From contig OZ252021.1 in NCBI GenBank assembly GCA_965247685.1, positions 120,001-152,000 on the forward strand: DNA of 32,000 bases. The letters are read 5' to 3'. The position numbers and the translations under genes are program-made. Below the pieces are notes generated by a model that worked only from the letters and a program-made list of their open reading frames with translations, made no database searches and was not told the origin of the DNA. The DNA is from Bdellovibrionales bacterium. Its GTDB lineage: Bacteria > Bdellovibrionota > Bdellovibrionia > Bdellovibrionales > UBA1609. This document shows positions 18,496 through 29,427 of this stretch, piece by piece. Each line of letters opens with the position of its first letter. Positions within the stretch are counted from its first letter, which is position 1.

Positions 18496-19731
18496 TTAAG
18501 ATGAAAGGTATTTCAAACCAGGCAATAAACCTCCGTTTATATAAGCTAAAGAAGCCCCGCCACCTGTAGAAATATAATCCAAATGATCTTGAAGTTGAAA
18601 ATGAAAAACAGCTCTCGCAGAGTCTCCTCCACCTGCCACTCGGAAAGCTTTAGAGCAACGACCCATACTCTCAATCATAGACTTCGTCCCTTCTGAATAA
18701 GCAGGGATTTCAAACACACCCATCGGACCATTCCAAAAAATAGTCTCTGCTTTTTTCAATATTCCATCAAATTGTTTTCGTGTCTTTGGTCCAATATCGA
18801 CAGCACTCCAAGATTCTTTCACAAAAGGACCGGGGGTGACTTCCGCTAAATCTATACGTTGAACTTTAGGAACAATCACATGATCTAAAGGTAGATGCAG
18901 CTCCTTATTTCTCAACCTCATTCTTTCCATCAACTCTTTGGCCAAAGTCACAGATTCATAATCCACTTTTGTTGAACCCAAAGAATATCCTTGTGCTTTT
19001 AAAAACACATAAGATATCGCTCCTCCAACAATCAAATGATCCACATGATCAATCATTTTTAAAATCATCTGAAACTTGTCTTTAACTTTTGCTCCACCTA
19101 AAACCAAAGCAAAAGGTCTATCCGGATTTTCTCGAACTTTACCTAACATCTCTAATTCAGATTGAACTAGATAACCGATTCCCTTTTTTTCCACTAAACG
19201 AGGCAGAGCCGATAAACTCATATGATCTCGGTGACAAACTCCAAAAGCATCATTGATGTAAATATCAATATGTTTCGCAAACTTTTGAGCTAATTCTACA
19301 TCATTTAAAGACTCTCCCTTATGAAAACGAAGATTTTCCAGCAACACCAATTGATTTTGTTTCAAAGAAGGGGAAATCACCTCAGACACATCACTCATTA
19401 ATTCCTCTTCAAAAAACACATCCACATCCAAAACTTCACTTAATACCTCACCTACAGGTGACAAAGATAAGGAGGGAACCACAACACCTTGAGGTCTGCC
19501 AAGATGACTCGCTAAAATCACTTTAGCTTTATTATCTAAGGCATATCGAATAGTTGGAAGAGCATTCATAATACGATGGTTATTCACCACTCGACCATCC
19601 CTGATAGGGACATTCAAATCAGCTCGAATGAAAACCTTCTGACCCTCTAAATCAAAATCTTTTATTGTCGCAAATGTTTCCACAGAGCCTTTCGCTCTTT
19701 TCTTGAATTCTTTTTTTTGATTCAATTCCAA
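18496..19731 (-). CDS. pgk: Phosphoglycerate kinase
   Basis: FIRADLNVP near the N-terminus, plus GGGDSA and STGGGASL near the C-terminus. The ORF-track start at 19729-19731 is TTG and abuts the gap stop codon. The true start is uncertain, as there is no in-frame ATG before the conserved core. Confidence 0.9.
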   Translation of the reverse strand: MELNQKKEFKKRAKGSVETFATIKDFDLEGQKVFIRADLNVPIRDGRVVNNHRIMNALPTIRYALDNKAKVILASHLGRPQGVVVPSLSLSPVGEVLSEVLDVDVFFEEELMSDVSEVISPSLKQNQLVLLENLRFHKGESLNDVELAQKFAKHIDIYINDAFGVCHRDHMSLSALPRLVEKKGIGYLVQSELEMLGKVRENPDRPFALVLGGAKVKDKFQMILKMIDHVDHLIVGGAISYVFLKAQGYSLGSTKVDYESVTLAKELMERMRLRNKELHLPLDHVIVPKVQRIDLAEVTPGPFVKESWSAVDIGPKTRKQFDGILKKAETIFWNGPMGVFEIPAYSEGTKSMIESMGRCSKAFRVAGGGDSARAVFHFQLQDHLDYISTGGGASLAYINGGLLPGLKYLSS

Positions 19732-20727
19732 TTATAATCCTTCCTTAAAAAGAAACCGCATCACATCTAAAAGTCTGTGACAGTAACCTGCTTCGTTATC
19801 ATACCATGCCCACACTTGTACAGAGTTCTTATTCACCTGTGTTAAAGGAGCATCTACGATCGTGCTTAAAGAGCTTCCGATAAAGTCACTACTCACTAAG
19901 GGCTTATGTTCGACACCTAGTATGCCTTTTAATTCTTTTTTTGAAAACTCCTCAAACATTTGATGAAGTGAAGAAACTTCAATCGTCTTTTGACATTGAA
20001 CAGTCAACTCCACAATACTCACATTAGAAACAGGTACACGAATTGATAACCCTTTGAGTTTTCCCTGAAGTTCTGGAAGAATTTTTCCTATAGATGAAGT
20101 CGCACCTGTCGTAGTAGGAATCATCGAAAGCCCTGCCGCACGCGCTCTTCTTAAATCTTTATGAGAAGAATCCAGTAATCTTTGATCTCCAGTATAAGCG
20201 TGAATAGTCGTCATATAACCAGATTCAATACTCAATCTTTGATGAATAGCCCAAGCCAAAGGAGCTAAACAATTGGTTGTACAAGAAGCATTGCTGATCA
20301 CATCATAAGATTTTTGATATTTTCGATGATTTACACCGTAAACCACTGTCCAATCCACATCATCCGCAGGTGCTGCAACAATAACTTTTTTAACTTCATC
20401 TTTTAAATGTTTTTCTAAATCTTTCTTTTTCTTAAATCGACCTGTGCAGTCTAAAACAATATCCACACCCTTCCATGAAATGTCTTCCAGATGAGGGAGA
20501 CGTGAATATCGAATATTTTGATTCCTCACTTTAAAAGTGTCCTCTGATAGAACTCGAATATCTTCCTGAAAAACTCCATGAACACTATCATATTGAGTAA
20601 GATGAGCGGCAGATTCTATAGACCCTGAAGAATTGATAGCCGTGACTGAAATATCAGAAGATTGAGAAGCCAGTCTTAAAAAACAACGTCCAATCCGACC
20701 AAAACCATTAATACCCACTCGCAACAT
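19732..20727 (-). CDS. gap: Glyceraldehyde-3-phosphate dehydrogenase
   Basis: INGFGRIGR NAD-binding site, SNASCTTNCLAP active site, WYDNE near the C-terminus. ATG start. Confidence 0.93.
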   Translation of the reverse strand: MLRVGINGFGRIGRCFLRLASQSSDISVTAINSSGSIESAAHLTQYDSVHGVFQEDIRVLSEDTFKVRNQNIRYSRLPHLEDISWKGVDIVLDCTGRFKKKKDLEKHLKDEVKKVIVAAPADDVDWTVVYGVNHRKYQKSYDVISNASCTTNCLAPLAWAIHQRLSIESGYMTTIHAYTGDQRLLDSSHKDLRRARAAGLSMIPTTTGATSSIGKILPELQGKLKGLSIRVPVSNVSIVELTVQCQKTIEVSSLHQMFEEFSKKELKGILGVEHKPLVSSDFIGSSLSTIVDAPLTQVNKNSVQVWAWYDNEAGYCHRLLDVMRFLFKEGL

Positions 20728-20868
20728 AAAATTCTCATACTATAAAACATCTATGAAAACAAACTTTACCTGATGTTTGATGTTAAGAAACTATAAAACG
20801 GTGCAAAATAAAAGAGAAAATAAAAATTTATTCTTTACGATTATTTTTTTTTGATTTATTAAATATAT

Positions 20869-21510
20869 ATGTCCTTTTTAGTTTTTGAAGGTTTAGACGG
20901 TTCAGGGAAAAGCACTTTAATAAAAGGCTTATCTGAGCGACTTGCACGACAAAATATCTCTGTCACACGAACACGAGAACCTGGAGGAACTCCTCTGGGT
21001 GAAAAAATACGCAATATTTTACTTGAAAATTCAAAACCCGAAGATACTCCTACTCCTTGGACTGAACTCTTACTTTATGAAGCTTGTCGGAGGCAAAATG
21101 TGGAACAGGTTATTCAACCTGCTCTTCAAAAAGGTGACTGGGTTTTATGTGATCGATACTGGGCGAGTACTTCCGCCTTTCAGGCTGGAGCCCGAGGTTT
21201 AGATGAACAAAAGGTTTCACAACTGAATCAATGGGCTGTGGGAGGACTTAATCCTGATCTATGGATCTATTTAGATCTTTCTCTTAAAGAAGCTCAGAAA
21301 CGATGGGAAGATAGAACTTCTTTTTCCCCTCTCGATCGATTTGAACTTGAAGATATGTCTTTTCATGAAAAAGCTTTGAACTTTTATAAAAAGATCACAA
21401 AAGATAGCACTTATGGTCCATGGCTGATACTTCAAGCCACTCAGCCTAAAGAAGAACTGCTGGATAATCTTGTTAGAGAGCTTGTTCAACGCGGATGGAT
21501 CAAAGAATGA
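20869..21510 (+). CDS. tmk: Thymidylate kinase
   Basis: FEGLDGSGKST P-loop, TREPGGT, and DRY...S..AFQ. Confidence 0.9.
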   Translation: MSFLVFEGLDGSGKSTLIKGLSERLARQNISVTRTREPGGTPLGEKIRNILLENSKPEDTPTPWTELLLYEACRRQNVEQVIQPALQKGDWVLCDRYWASTSAFQAGARGLDEQKVSQLNQWAVGGLNPDLWIYLDLSLKEAQKRWEDRTSFSPLDRFELEDMSFHEKALNFYKKITKDSTYGPWLILQATQPKEELLDNLVRELVQRGWIKE

Positions 21511-22460
21511 ATCGAATCGCCGTTTATGGTCATTCTTCCATCTTGAGCAATCTTCAAAAATCTATTGAACAACAAACTTTAGCTTCGGCGCTTCTGTTTT
21601 CCGGATTGAGCGGCATTGGAAAAAAACAAACTGCTTTGAATATTGTACAATTTGCCTTGTGTTCAAGTAAACCAGCCTGCGGGCAATGCACTTCTTGCAA
21701 ACAAGTTCAAGAACAAACACACCCCGCTCTGCTTTTCATAGAGCCTGATGGACTCAACATTAAAATGGAAGTTGTTCGAAAAATTCGAAACTTTATTTCA
21801 CTGCAAAGTTTCTCTCAAAACCGATGGATTATTATTGATCAAGCTCATCGTATGAATCACCATGTGCAAAATGCTCTTTTGAAATCTTTAGAAGAGCCTC
21901 CTTCAAATGTTCATTTTATTCTTGTCTGTGATCAGTGGATGCAGCTCCTTCCTACTATTCGATCACGTACACAATGTTTTCGTTTTCAAAGACTAGATAT
22001 AAGGTCTCTTCAAAAAATTTTTCCTGAAGAAAGCGAGCAAACATTAAGATCCAGCCGAGGACAAACTCATCGGGTCCATCAATGGAAAGATCAACAAGAA
22101 CTTTATGGAGAGGTTTTTCAATTTTGGCATCGCTTGTTTCATAACAAAAAGATCTCTCATTCTTTAAGTAAGGCTTTGAGAAAAAGACCCTCTGCTCTCC
22201 TTGTTGCTCGTACTTTTCAAGAAATACTGCGAGATGCAAGGCTTATTAAAGAAGGCTCTACAAATACGATTCACCCTCCAATGACAAGCATTCAATGGAA
22301 TAACCTTCCTTCGGAACTAATTCATGAGTGGTACACCCAAGCTCTCCAACTGGAAGAAGATATACTTTCTTATTTAGATTCTTTACTTTGTTTTGAAAAT
22401 TTCTGGCATCAAGCTCACAAAAATATTCAAGCTTTAAAAATAACTCAACCTGTAGGATAA
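21495..22460 (+). CDS. holB: DNA polymerase III delta-prime subunit
   Basis: GLSGIGKK, Cys cluster CGQCTSCKQ, LLKSLEEPP, TIRSRTQ. An alternative start ATG at 21507 overlaps the tmk TGA stop (ATGA). Confidence 0.85.
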   Translation: MDQRMNRIAVYGHSSILSNLQKSIEQQTLASALLFSGLSGIGKKQTALNIVQFALCSSKPACGQCTSCKQVQEQTHPALLFIEPDGLNIKMEVVRKIRNFISLQSFSQNRWIIIDQAHRMNHHVQNALLKSLEEPPSNVHFILVCDQWMQLLPTIRSRTQCFRFQRLDIRSLQKIFPEESEQTLRSSRGQTHRVHQWKDQQELYGEVFQFWHRLFHNKKISHSLSKALRKRPSALLVARTFQEILRDARLIKEGSTNTIHPPMTSIQWNNLPSELIHEWYTQALQLEEDILSYLDSLLCFENFWHQAHKNIQALKITQPVG

Positions 22461-22464
22461 TTTT

Positions 22465-23232
22465 ATGTGGATCGATGTTCACACTCATTTGCATATGCTA
22501 AAACAACCTTTGCCAGAAATTTTAGAGAGTGCTAAAAAATCTGGAGTACAAAAAATGATTAGCATTGGAACTCACCCCTCCGATTGGGATTCTGTACTTA
22601 GTGACTGTAAAAAATATTCAGTTTATGGAGCTTTAGGCTGTCATCCACATGAAGCCCTTCATTATAATGAAGATATTGAGCAGCAACTTAAAAAAAAATT
22701 ACAATCTTCCAAAAACATTATTGCGCTGGGTGAAATCGGTTTAGATTATTATTATGAACATTCTAAAAAAGATATTCAGCAGGAAGTTTTTAGAAGACAG
22801 CTCTTGCTTGCTCAAGAACTCTCACTGTCTATTGAGATTCACTCACGTTCTGCAGAAGAAGACACTATTGCCATTTTAAAAGAATTTCCACAAGTCAAAG
22901 GGCTACTTCATTGTTTTACAAGTTCTTGGAACATGGCTCAACAAGCTTTAGACATTGGTTACAATATTTCATTTAGTGGTATTTTGACTTTTAAAAATGC
23001 CAAAGATCTTCGTGAGACTTGTTCCAAAATTCCTCTCGATCGTATTCATGTAGAAACAGACGCTCCCTATCTCGCACCACAACCTCATAGAGGTAAAGAA
23101 AATCAACCCGCTTGGATGATTCACACCGCTCAAATGATTGCTGATCTTCATCATGTTTCTTTAGAAGAGCTCAAAGAGCAAACATGGAAAAACGCCTGCT
23201 CCTTATTTTCCATTTCAAACAACAGTACCTAG
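22465..23232 (+). CDS. tatD: TatD-family metal-dependent hydrolase
   Basis: WIDVHTHL, GEIGLDYYY, HCFTSS and ETDAPYL motifs. AGGA precedes the ATG. Confidence 0.88.
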   Translation: MWIDVHTHLHMLKQPLPEILESAKKSGVQKMISIGTHPSDWDSVLSDCKKYSVYGALGCHPHEALHYNEDIEQQLKKKLQSSKNIIALGEIGLDYYYEHSKKDIQQEVFRRQLLLAQELSLSIEIHSRSAEEDTIAILKEFPQVKGLLHCFTSSWNMAQQALDIGYNISFSGILTFKNAKDLRETCSKIPLDRIHVETDAPYLAPQPHRGKENQPAWMIHTAQMIADLHHVSLEELKEQTWKNACSLFSISNNST

Positions 23233-23237
23233 GTGAA

Positions 23238-24338
23238 TTACAACCATTTCTTCTTTTTAAAGAAATACAACATTCCTATAGCAACACTAATAATGAATCC
23301 CCATACAATAAAATAACTATATTGCCAGTCTAATTCAGGCATAAATTTAAAGTTCATTCCATAAATACCCACAATGAATGTTAAAGGAATAAATAAAGAA
23401 GCAAACAAAGTGAGGACTTTCATCACTTCATTCATTTTACTATTGATAGCATTCTGATAAAAATCCATTACAGAAGTGACTAAATCAATATAATAATCAC
23501 TTACCTCCACAATTTGCACAATATGATCATGCACATCTTGAAAGTAACGTAAGTTCTTCGATTCAACCCAAGGATAGCGACGATTAATCACTTTATTTAA
23601 AGATTCTTTTAATGGAAAAATAATTTTTTTTAGAAATAAAACTTCTCTTTTAAGTGAAATAATCTCTAAAGGGGTTACGTAATTCACATCTGTAGTCACA
23701 CGGCTTTCTAATTCTTCAAAAGAGCTCTCAATAACATCTAAAGCTTCATAATACTGATCTACAAGTAAATCTTGAAGCATACAAAATAAGTAATCTGCTT
23801 TCAAAGTTCTAATTTTCCATACAGAATTTTCAATGCGATGTTTTACAGGCTGAAAAACATCTTCTTTTGTATGTTGAAAGGAAATAACAAACCCATCTCC
23901 AAACAAAATACCGATCTGAGAAGTCTCTAGATCTAATTGTTGACTCTGAGTGTCCACAAAGACTCTCTTAATGATAGCAAAAAGCATATCATCCATTTCT
24001 TCGATTTTAGGTCGATGATCTAAGTTCAAAACATCTTCAAGCCACAAGCGATGAATGCCAAATTGATTTCCAATAGCTTCTAACACTTGATTGTCCCTTA
24101 AACCACGAAACTCAATCCATGTGACAAAATTTTTATCTTTAGCACTTTTGACACAATCTTCTAAAGTAGCAGATTGAGAAGATTCAAAAAAATCTTTGTT
24201 GTAATTAATAAGATTAATTTCAACGGTTTCTTTTTCCCCAGACTCATCAAAAAATACCAAAGAACCTGGATGCAAACCTATTACTTTCGTGCGTGTCTTA
24301 AGTAAACGAGACATAATTCGCTCCACCTCTTTTTTCAT
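23238..24338 (-). CDS. corA: CorA-family Mg2+/Co2+ transporter
   Basis: YGMNF signature between two C-terminal hydrophobic helices. Typical length. Confidence 0.88.
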   Translation of the reverse strand: MKKEVERIMSRLLKTRTKVIGLHPGSLVFFDESGEKETVEINLINYNKDFFESSQSATLEDCVKSAKDKNFVTWIEFRGLRDNQVLEAIGNQFGIHRLWLEDVLNLDHRPKIEEMDDMLFAIIKRVFVDTQSQQLDLETSQIGILFGDGFVISFQHTKEDVFQPVKHRIENSVWKIRTLKADYLFCMLQDLLVDQYYEALDVIESSFEELESRVTTDVNYVTPLEIISLKREVLFLKKIIFPLKESLNKVINRRYPWVESKNLRYFQDVHDHIVQIVEVSDYYIDLVTSVMDFYQNAINSKMNEVMKVLTLFASLFIPLTFIVGIYGMNFKFMPELDWQYSYFIVWGFIISVAIGMLYFFKKKKWL

Positions 24339-24418
24339 TATAAAAGTAAAGAGATTAAAAATTCCAGCTTCATTAAAATATTGGACTAAAGAATGAGTCT
24401 AGCCCTCATTAGAAGACT

Positions 24419-25813
24419 TTAATTTTTCGAGGGAGAGATCATTTTTTCTAATTGAATCCACTGATCAAATTCTTCGACAGTACAGACACCTAGTTGAACA
24501 GCTTCTTCTTTTAAGGTCGAACCATTTTTATGGGCGGCATACACAATTTTTGCAGCCTTCTCATAACCCACATGAGGGTTGAGTGCGGTAGCAAGCATCA
24601 GACATTTTTCGACATATTCATTTATTTTTTCTGCATTCACTTGAATTCCCTTAATACATCTTTCGGAAAAGCTGAAACAAGCAGAACCTAAAATATCGAT
24701 AGAGTGAAGTATATTTCTTATGATTAAAGGTTTAAAGGCATTGAGTTCAAACTGCCCGCTCATACCTCCAATTTGAACGGCAGAATCATTGCCTATAACT
24801 TGAGCACACACCATAGTTAAAGCTTCACATTGGGTAGGATTCACTTTACCAGGCATTATGGAACTACCTGGCTCATTGGTAGGTAAAATTAATTCAGAAA
24901 GACCACAACGAGGACCGCTTCCCATCCATCGAATATCATTGGCAATTTTCATTAAGCTCACAGCTAAAGTTTTAAGTACAGAGCTCATGTGAACGAGGCT
25001 ATCATGAGTAGCAATTTCATAAAATTTATTTTCTGCAGAAACAAATGGGCGACCTGTTTCTTTAACAATCTGTTGAACAACTTTTTCAGCAAAGGACTCT
25101 ACCGTATTCAAACCTGTTCCTACAGCAGTGCCTCCAATGGCAAGTTCATAAAGCTCTTCAAGCGACTTGTGAATTCTTTTTTCATTCTTCTCAATTTGAG
25201 TCACATATCCTGAAAACTCTTGACCAAAGCTTAAAGGGACTGCATCCATTAAATGAGTTCGCCCTACTTTGATGACTGACTGAAATTCTTTAGCCTTAAG
25301 TTGAAAGTGATTTTTGAGATCTTTTAAAGCAGGCAGAAGATGAATTAAAGTTTTTTCTACCGTAGCAATATGCATAGCTGTTGGAAAAACATCATTAGAA
25401 GATTGATTTTTATTCACATCATCATTAGGGTGAATAGAATTTTTTTCTCCTAGCTGACCTCCCAATTTTTGGAAAGCTCGATTGGCCAACACTTCATTCA
25501 TATTCATATTAGTTTGTGTACCGCTTCCTGTTTGCCAAATTTTTAAAGGAAAATGTTCATCCCACTTACCTTCCATCACCTCGATAGCCGCTTCGCCTAT
25601 GGCTTCTGACTTTTCCCATTCTAAAAGGTTTAAATTGGAGTTTGTATGAGCTGCACATTTTTTAATGACTGCTAGAGCCCAAATCATTTCACGAGTAAAA
25701 GTCTCTTGACCAATATTAAAATTCTCTAGAGATCTTTGAGACTGAGCACCCCACAAACGATCTTCTGGAACTTGAACTACACCTAAAGTATCTTTCTCTT
25801 CTCGAAATTTCAT
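24419..25813 (-). CDS. fumC: Class II fumarate hydratase
   Basis: [13 protein letters not shown] signature. The N-terminus [32 protein letters not shown] resembles E. coli FumC. I prefer the ATG at 25811-25813 over the TTG at 25819 given in the ORF track. Confidence 0.92.
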   Translation of the reverse strand: MKFREEKDTLGVVQVPEDRLWGAQSQRSLENFNIGQETFTREMIWALAVIKKCAAHTNSNLNLLEWEKSEAIGEAAIEVMEGKWDEHFPLKIWQTGSGTQTNMNMNEVLANRAFQKLGGQLGEKNSIHPNDDVNKNQSSNDVFPTAMHIATVEKTLIHLLPALKDLKNHFQLKAKEFQSVIKVGRTHLMDAVPLSFGQEFSGYVTQIEKNEKRIHKSLEELYELAIGGTAVGTGLNTVESFAEKVVQQIVKETGRPFVSAENKFYEIATHDSLVHMSSVLKTLAVSLMKIANDIRWMGSGPRCGLSELILPTNEPGSSIMPGKVNPTQCEALTMVCAQVIGNDSAVQIGGMSGQFELNAFKPLIIRNILHSIDILGSACFSFSERCIKGIQVNAEKINEYVEKCLMLATALNPHVGYEKAAKIVYAAHKNGSTLKEEAVQLGVCTVEEFDQWIQLEKMISPSKN

Positions 25814-25893
25814 ATTCAATAAACCTTGGACTACTTTAAAAAGACTATCAACCTTTTATCACACTCCCACCTCAGAGTAAACTAAAAAGCAAG

Positions 25894-27465
25894 TTATGAA
25901 CTCACTTGAATTTCAATAAGAGAGTGAGATTTTTTTTTCAAAGACTCATTTAAACTGACCACCCTTTGATAATTCAAATTCCACATTCCTGCAAAGTGGG
26001 AAAAATCTAGCTGATGATTATTTAAAAAAGCTGGATTTTGAAATTTATTCTTAAAAATTTGTCCACCAAAATTATTGATGACAACAATATTGATAAAATA
26101 TTTTTCAAGTTGTTTTAAAATCCATGGTGAAGAAAAATCGTAAAGTGCACTTAAATCACCTAATATGCAATAGTTAGGAGCATCTGGAAGGCATTGGCCC
26201 AAAAAAGAAGACAAAATACCGTCAATGCCATTAGCTCCCCTGTTTCCTGCATAGCGAAATTTCTTATCCTCTCTGATTGCAAACATATCCCATTCCCGAA
26301 TAGGCAAGCTATTGCCTAAAAAAATTAAACTGGATGGAGGGATTTGTTGCGAGAGCCAATGAATCCATTTTCCCTCTTCTGTTGCCTTTTGAGTATTGGA
26401 AGAGTCTAAGTTAAGAAAAGATTCTTTACTAGAATGAAGTATTTCATTTTTTAAAACCCAATCACTATCTTTTTTCAAAAAAGTCAAAAGAGGTAAAGCC
26501 TTCGATCGTTTTTTTAAGCCAGAAAGAGAAGAAAGGCTGAAAGATATAACAGGTACATTCCAATCATTTAGATCACGCCAAAATTTTAAAACTGGAATAC
26601 CACCAATGCGAATCACACCATCAAAAAGATTTTGATCAAATGCTTTTTTAAAAATGGAATTTCCAGATTTTAATGCAAGTTTTTGTAATCTCGAATTTTC
26701 TCTCAACTGAGATAAGGGTTCCAGATAAACAGGACAATTTAAGGACAACAAAAAATCTTCGACTAAACCTCTAAGTTCATAAGGTAGACAAGATACAAGA
26801 ATAACCGGTTTTGATGAAGACTGAAAAAACAGCCAAAAAGCATCCTGCTCTAACAAAGTTGCAGCTTCATTGGCATTAAAATTCCTTAATGGAGTTTTTA
26901 AAGAGTTTTGAGAAGCAGACCAGTTTTTATTAATCCAAACAGGCACTTCATTTTTTAAAACCTGCTCATCCACTAAAGGCTCATCAAAATGTACATTCCA
27001 ATGAATAGAATTTTGAGCATTCCAATGAGATAAATCCAATGGATCTTGTAAATCTTGTACACTGAAACTTTTTTCTGAAGAAACATATCTTGAAAATATC
27101 TGATCTTGTTCAATAACTTGAGGAGCTCCTGTTCCTTGATATTCTTTGGGCCGATCGGCTGTGATTAAAACTAGAGAACTGGATGAGTAATAAGATTCCA
27201 CAACAGCAGGCAGAAGTTCACAAACTGCTGTACCGGATGTTGTAATCACAACAACAGGCGCCCCATCCCTCCGAGAACGGCCATGTGCAAAAAAAGCCAT
27301 CGATCTTTCATCATAAAAGTAAAAGACCGATAAATTGGAACGAGAAAGTATTTCTACAAAAGGAGCATTCCTTCCTCCAGGTGCAATACAAAAAGTTCGC
27401 ACTCCTTTATTATAAAAAGTGTTAAGAATATTAAAAGCGAGCTGAAGATTCATATTTATACCCAA
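25894..27465 (-). CDS. menD: SEPHCHC synthase (2-succinyl-5-enolpyruvyl-6-hydroxy-3-cyclohexene-1-carboxylate synthase)
   Basis: ThDP-enzyme layout: FCIAPGGRNAP near the N-terminus and GDLSALYD...VVINNFGGQIF near the C-terminus. It lies immediately downstream of menF. The track start is TTG. An alternative ATG sits at 27451-27453. Confidence 0.85.
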   Translation of the reverse strand: MGINMNLQLAFNILNTFYNKGVRTFCIAPGGRNAPFVEILSRSNLSVFYFYDERSMAFFAHGRSRRDGAPVVVITTSGTAVCELLPAVVESYYSSSSLVLITADRPKEYQGTGAPQVIEQDQIFSRYVSSEKSFSVQDLQDPLDLSHWNAQNSIHWNVHFDEPLVDEQVLKNEVPVWINKNWSASQNSLKTPLRNFNANEAATLLEQDAFWLFFQSSSKPVILVSCLPYELRGLVEDFLLSLNCPVYLEPLSQLRENSRLQKLALKSGNSIFKKAFDQNLFDGVIRIGGIPVLKFWRDLNDWNVPVISFSLSSLSGLKKRSKALPLLTFLKKDSDWVLKNEILHSSKESFLNLDSSNTQKATEEGKWIHWLSQQIPPSSLIFLGNSLPIREWDMFAIREDKKFRYAGNRGANGIDGILSSFLGQCLPDAPNYCILGDLSALYDFSSPWILKQLEKYFINIVVINNFGGQIFKNKFQNPAFLNNHQLDFSHFAGMWNLNYQRVVSLNESLKKKSHSLIEIQVSS

Positions 27466-27471
27466 GAGGAT

Positions 27472-28500
27472 TTACATCCACAAAAGACTTATGACAGACT
27501 GCTTTTTTAAACGCAACTCTTCCCACTCTTTATCGAGGACGGATAACTGAGTCAAGCCGCATCCAGAACCCAAAAATATAGATGAACCTTTCCACTGAAT
27601 ATTTCGGATAGCCACAAGACAAAAACTCTTTTCTTTCGAAAAACAAACAGCAAAAGGAGCTCCATGTCTTTGGCGATCCTCTCTGTTATGAGCTCGAAGC
27701 CACAACAAAGCCTCTGTTCTTGGATACCCCCCCAAAGCAGATGTAGGATGCATCTTTTGAATCAAATTTAAAAAACTTAAGTTTCCTGCTCCATCAATTT
27801 TAATATCTGTTCGAAAATGCTGAATATCTCCAAAATACTGTAAATATCTTTGAGAGATTTGATATAAAAACCCTTTCCATCTAGAAAGAATATCTTCGAC
27901 AACAAGTTGATGTTCTTGAATTTCTTTTTTATCAGAACAAAAACTTTTGTCATTTTTTTTTGAAGTTCCTGCTAAAGCCATAGTGTATAAGTTAGAGTTT
28001 TTTTGTTCAAATAAATACTCCGGAGTACAGCCTACCATTCCCTCTTTGGAATTCCAATATCCGTAGATAAACCCTTCTTTTTTTTGAAGCATATTTTTAA
28101 TCAAAAAGGCTCTTTTTGTAATCGTTAGAGGCATAGAATTTTTAAAAAAAACAACTGGAACGACTTTCTTTAAATCTCCTGACTTTGAAGATTTTTGAAA
28201 ATGATTAAACATCTCTTTAAAGTTATTGTAATTAGGCTCTTGCCAATGTGGACTGAAATGTTTTTCTTGATAAAAAGTAAAAAAACTTAAAAGTTCTTCC
28301 CTTTTCACAAAACTCCATTGATTAGGATGTATAAAAGTTTTATTTGCATTAAAAAACAAAGGAGCATAAACACAAGGTTTCGTGGGATGAACATGATCAT
28401 GATAACCTAAAGGTCCAGCAGCAACAAAAAAGCCCTCTGGAGTCTGTAGAATCACTCCCTCTTCTAAAAACTCTTTATTCAAAATGGTATTGTTGGACAT
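27472..28500 (-). CDS. menF: Isochorismate synthase (compact, 342 aa)
   Basis: Chorismate-utilising enzyme motifs MHPTSALGGYP, HGAPFAV and IRN. There is a 6-nt gap to menD. Confidence 0.8.
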   Translation of the reverse strand: MSNNTILNKEFLEEGVILQTPEGFFVAAGPLGYHDHVHPTKPCVYAPLFFNANKTFIHPNQWSFVKREELLSFFTFYQEKHFSPHWQEPNYNNFKEMFNHFQKSSKSGDLKKVVPVVFFKNSMPLTITKRAFLIKNMLQKKEGFIYGYWNSKEGMVGCTPEYLFEQKNSNLYTMALAGTSKKNDKSFCSDKKEIQEHQLVVEDILSRWKGFLYQISQRYLQYFGDIQHFRTDIKIDGAGNLSFLNLIQKMHPTSALGGYPRTEALLWLRAHNREDRQRHGAPFAVCFSKEKSFCLVAIRNIQWKGSSIFLGSGCGLTQLSVLDKEWEELRLKKQSVISLLWM

Positions 28501-28655
28501 AATAACTTCCTACAAAGTTCAAGTTCAAAATGGATTTATCAAATAAAAGACTTACTTCGCAACAAACTATTATCATATTTTGTTCAAATTTCTCTTGCAG
28601 AAAATAGAGTATCGTTATTAAATGGACAAAATTAAAACCCCCTAGTGAAGTATAT

Positions 28656-29426
28656 ATGAGAAATATTGTAATCAAAGATTTTGTTTTGGATGAAAACTCA
28701 TTTGCAGTAATGCCTGGCCCTTGCTCCATTGAAAGTCGGGAGCAATTTGAATCTATCATTAAATTTCTGCTCGCTGAAGGAGTATCAGTGATTCGAGGAG
28801 GAATTTTTAAACTCCGAACAAACCCTAAAGATTTCCAAGGTTTACAGGAAGAAGCTTTTCCATTAGTGAAAGAACTGAAGAAAAAAGAAAATTTCTTATT
28901 CGTCTCAGAGGTCACCTCCGCTCGTCAAATTGAACCTCTAATGGATTTTGTAGATATCTTTCAAGTAGGTACACGCAATATGTACAATTACGACTTACTG
29001 AAGGAACTAGCTCTTAAAAAATGCACTGTTTTGCTGAAAAGAAGTTTTTCAGCAACAATAAAGGAATGGACTCTTGCAGCTCAATATCTTTCTGAGAATC
29101 AAGTTATACTTTGTGAAAGAGGAATTCGTACTTTTGAGACAGCTTATCGAAATACTTTTGATATCAACGCCATCCCTTATCTCAAACAAAACTACGATTA
29201 TCCTGTGCTTGCAGATCCCTCTCACGGGACAGGCCACAGTTCTTTAGTCTCTGATATAGCCAAAGCAGCTTTTGTTGCAGGAGCTAATGGTTTACTTGTT
29301 GAAGTTCACAACGAACCTCAAAAGGCTTTATCCGATAGCCTTCAAGCTCTCAATTTCGATCAATTTTCTTTACTAATGCAAGATTTAAAAAAATTATCAA
29401 AAGTATTGAACAAAAAAATAATTTAA
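28656..29426 (+). CDS. aroF: 3-deoxy-7-phosphoheptulonate (DAHP) synthase, short type I-beta
   Basis: MPGPCSIES, RGGIFKLRTNPKDFQGL and DPSHGTG. The RGG-FK-RT-P--FQG block favours DAHP synthase over KDO8P synthase. Confidence 0.8.
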   Translation: MRNIVIKDFVLDENSFAVMPGPCSIESREQFESIIKFLLAEGVSVIRGGIFKLRTNPKDFQGLQEEAFPLVKELKKKENFLFVSEVTSARQIEPLMDFVDIFQVGTRNMYNYDLLKELALKKCTVLLKRSFSATIKEWTLAAQYLSENQVILCERGIRTFETAYRNTFDINAIPYLKQNYDYPVLADPSHGTGHSSLVSDIAKAAFVAGANGLLVEVHNEPQKALSDSLQALNFDQFSLLMQDLKKLSKVLNKKII

Positions 29427-29427
29427 G

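Noticed and set aside
24297-24339. Apparent extra A at ~24300 when I hand-translated the corA 5' end, which would break the frame
   Set aside because: The supplied ORF track reads straight through (MKKEVERIMSRLLKTRTK...), and flanking coordinates (23238, 24419) check out. This is most likely my own counting error, so I do not report it as a frameshift.
28475-28915. 146-aa minus-strand ORF spanning the menF/aroF divergent region
   Set aside because: It overlaps the 5' ends of both menF and aroF. It has low-complexity content and no motif, and the two well-supported genes explain the region.
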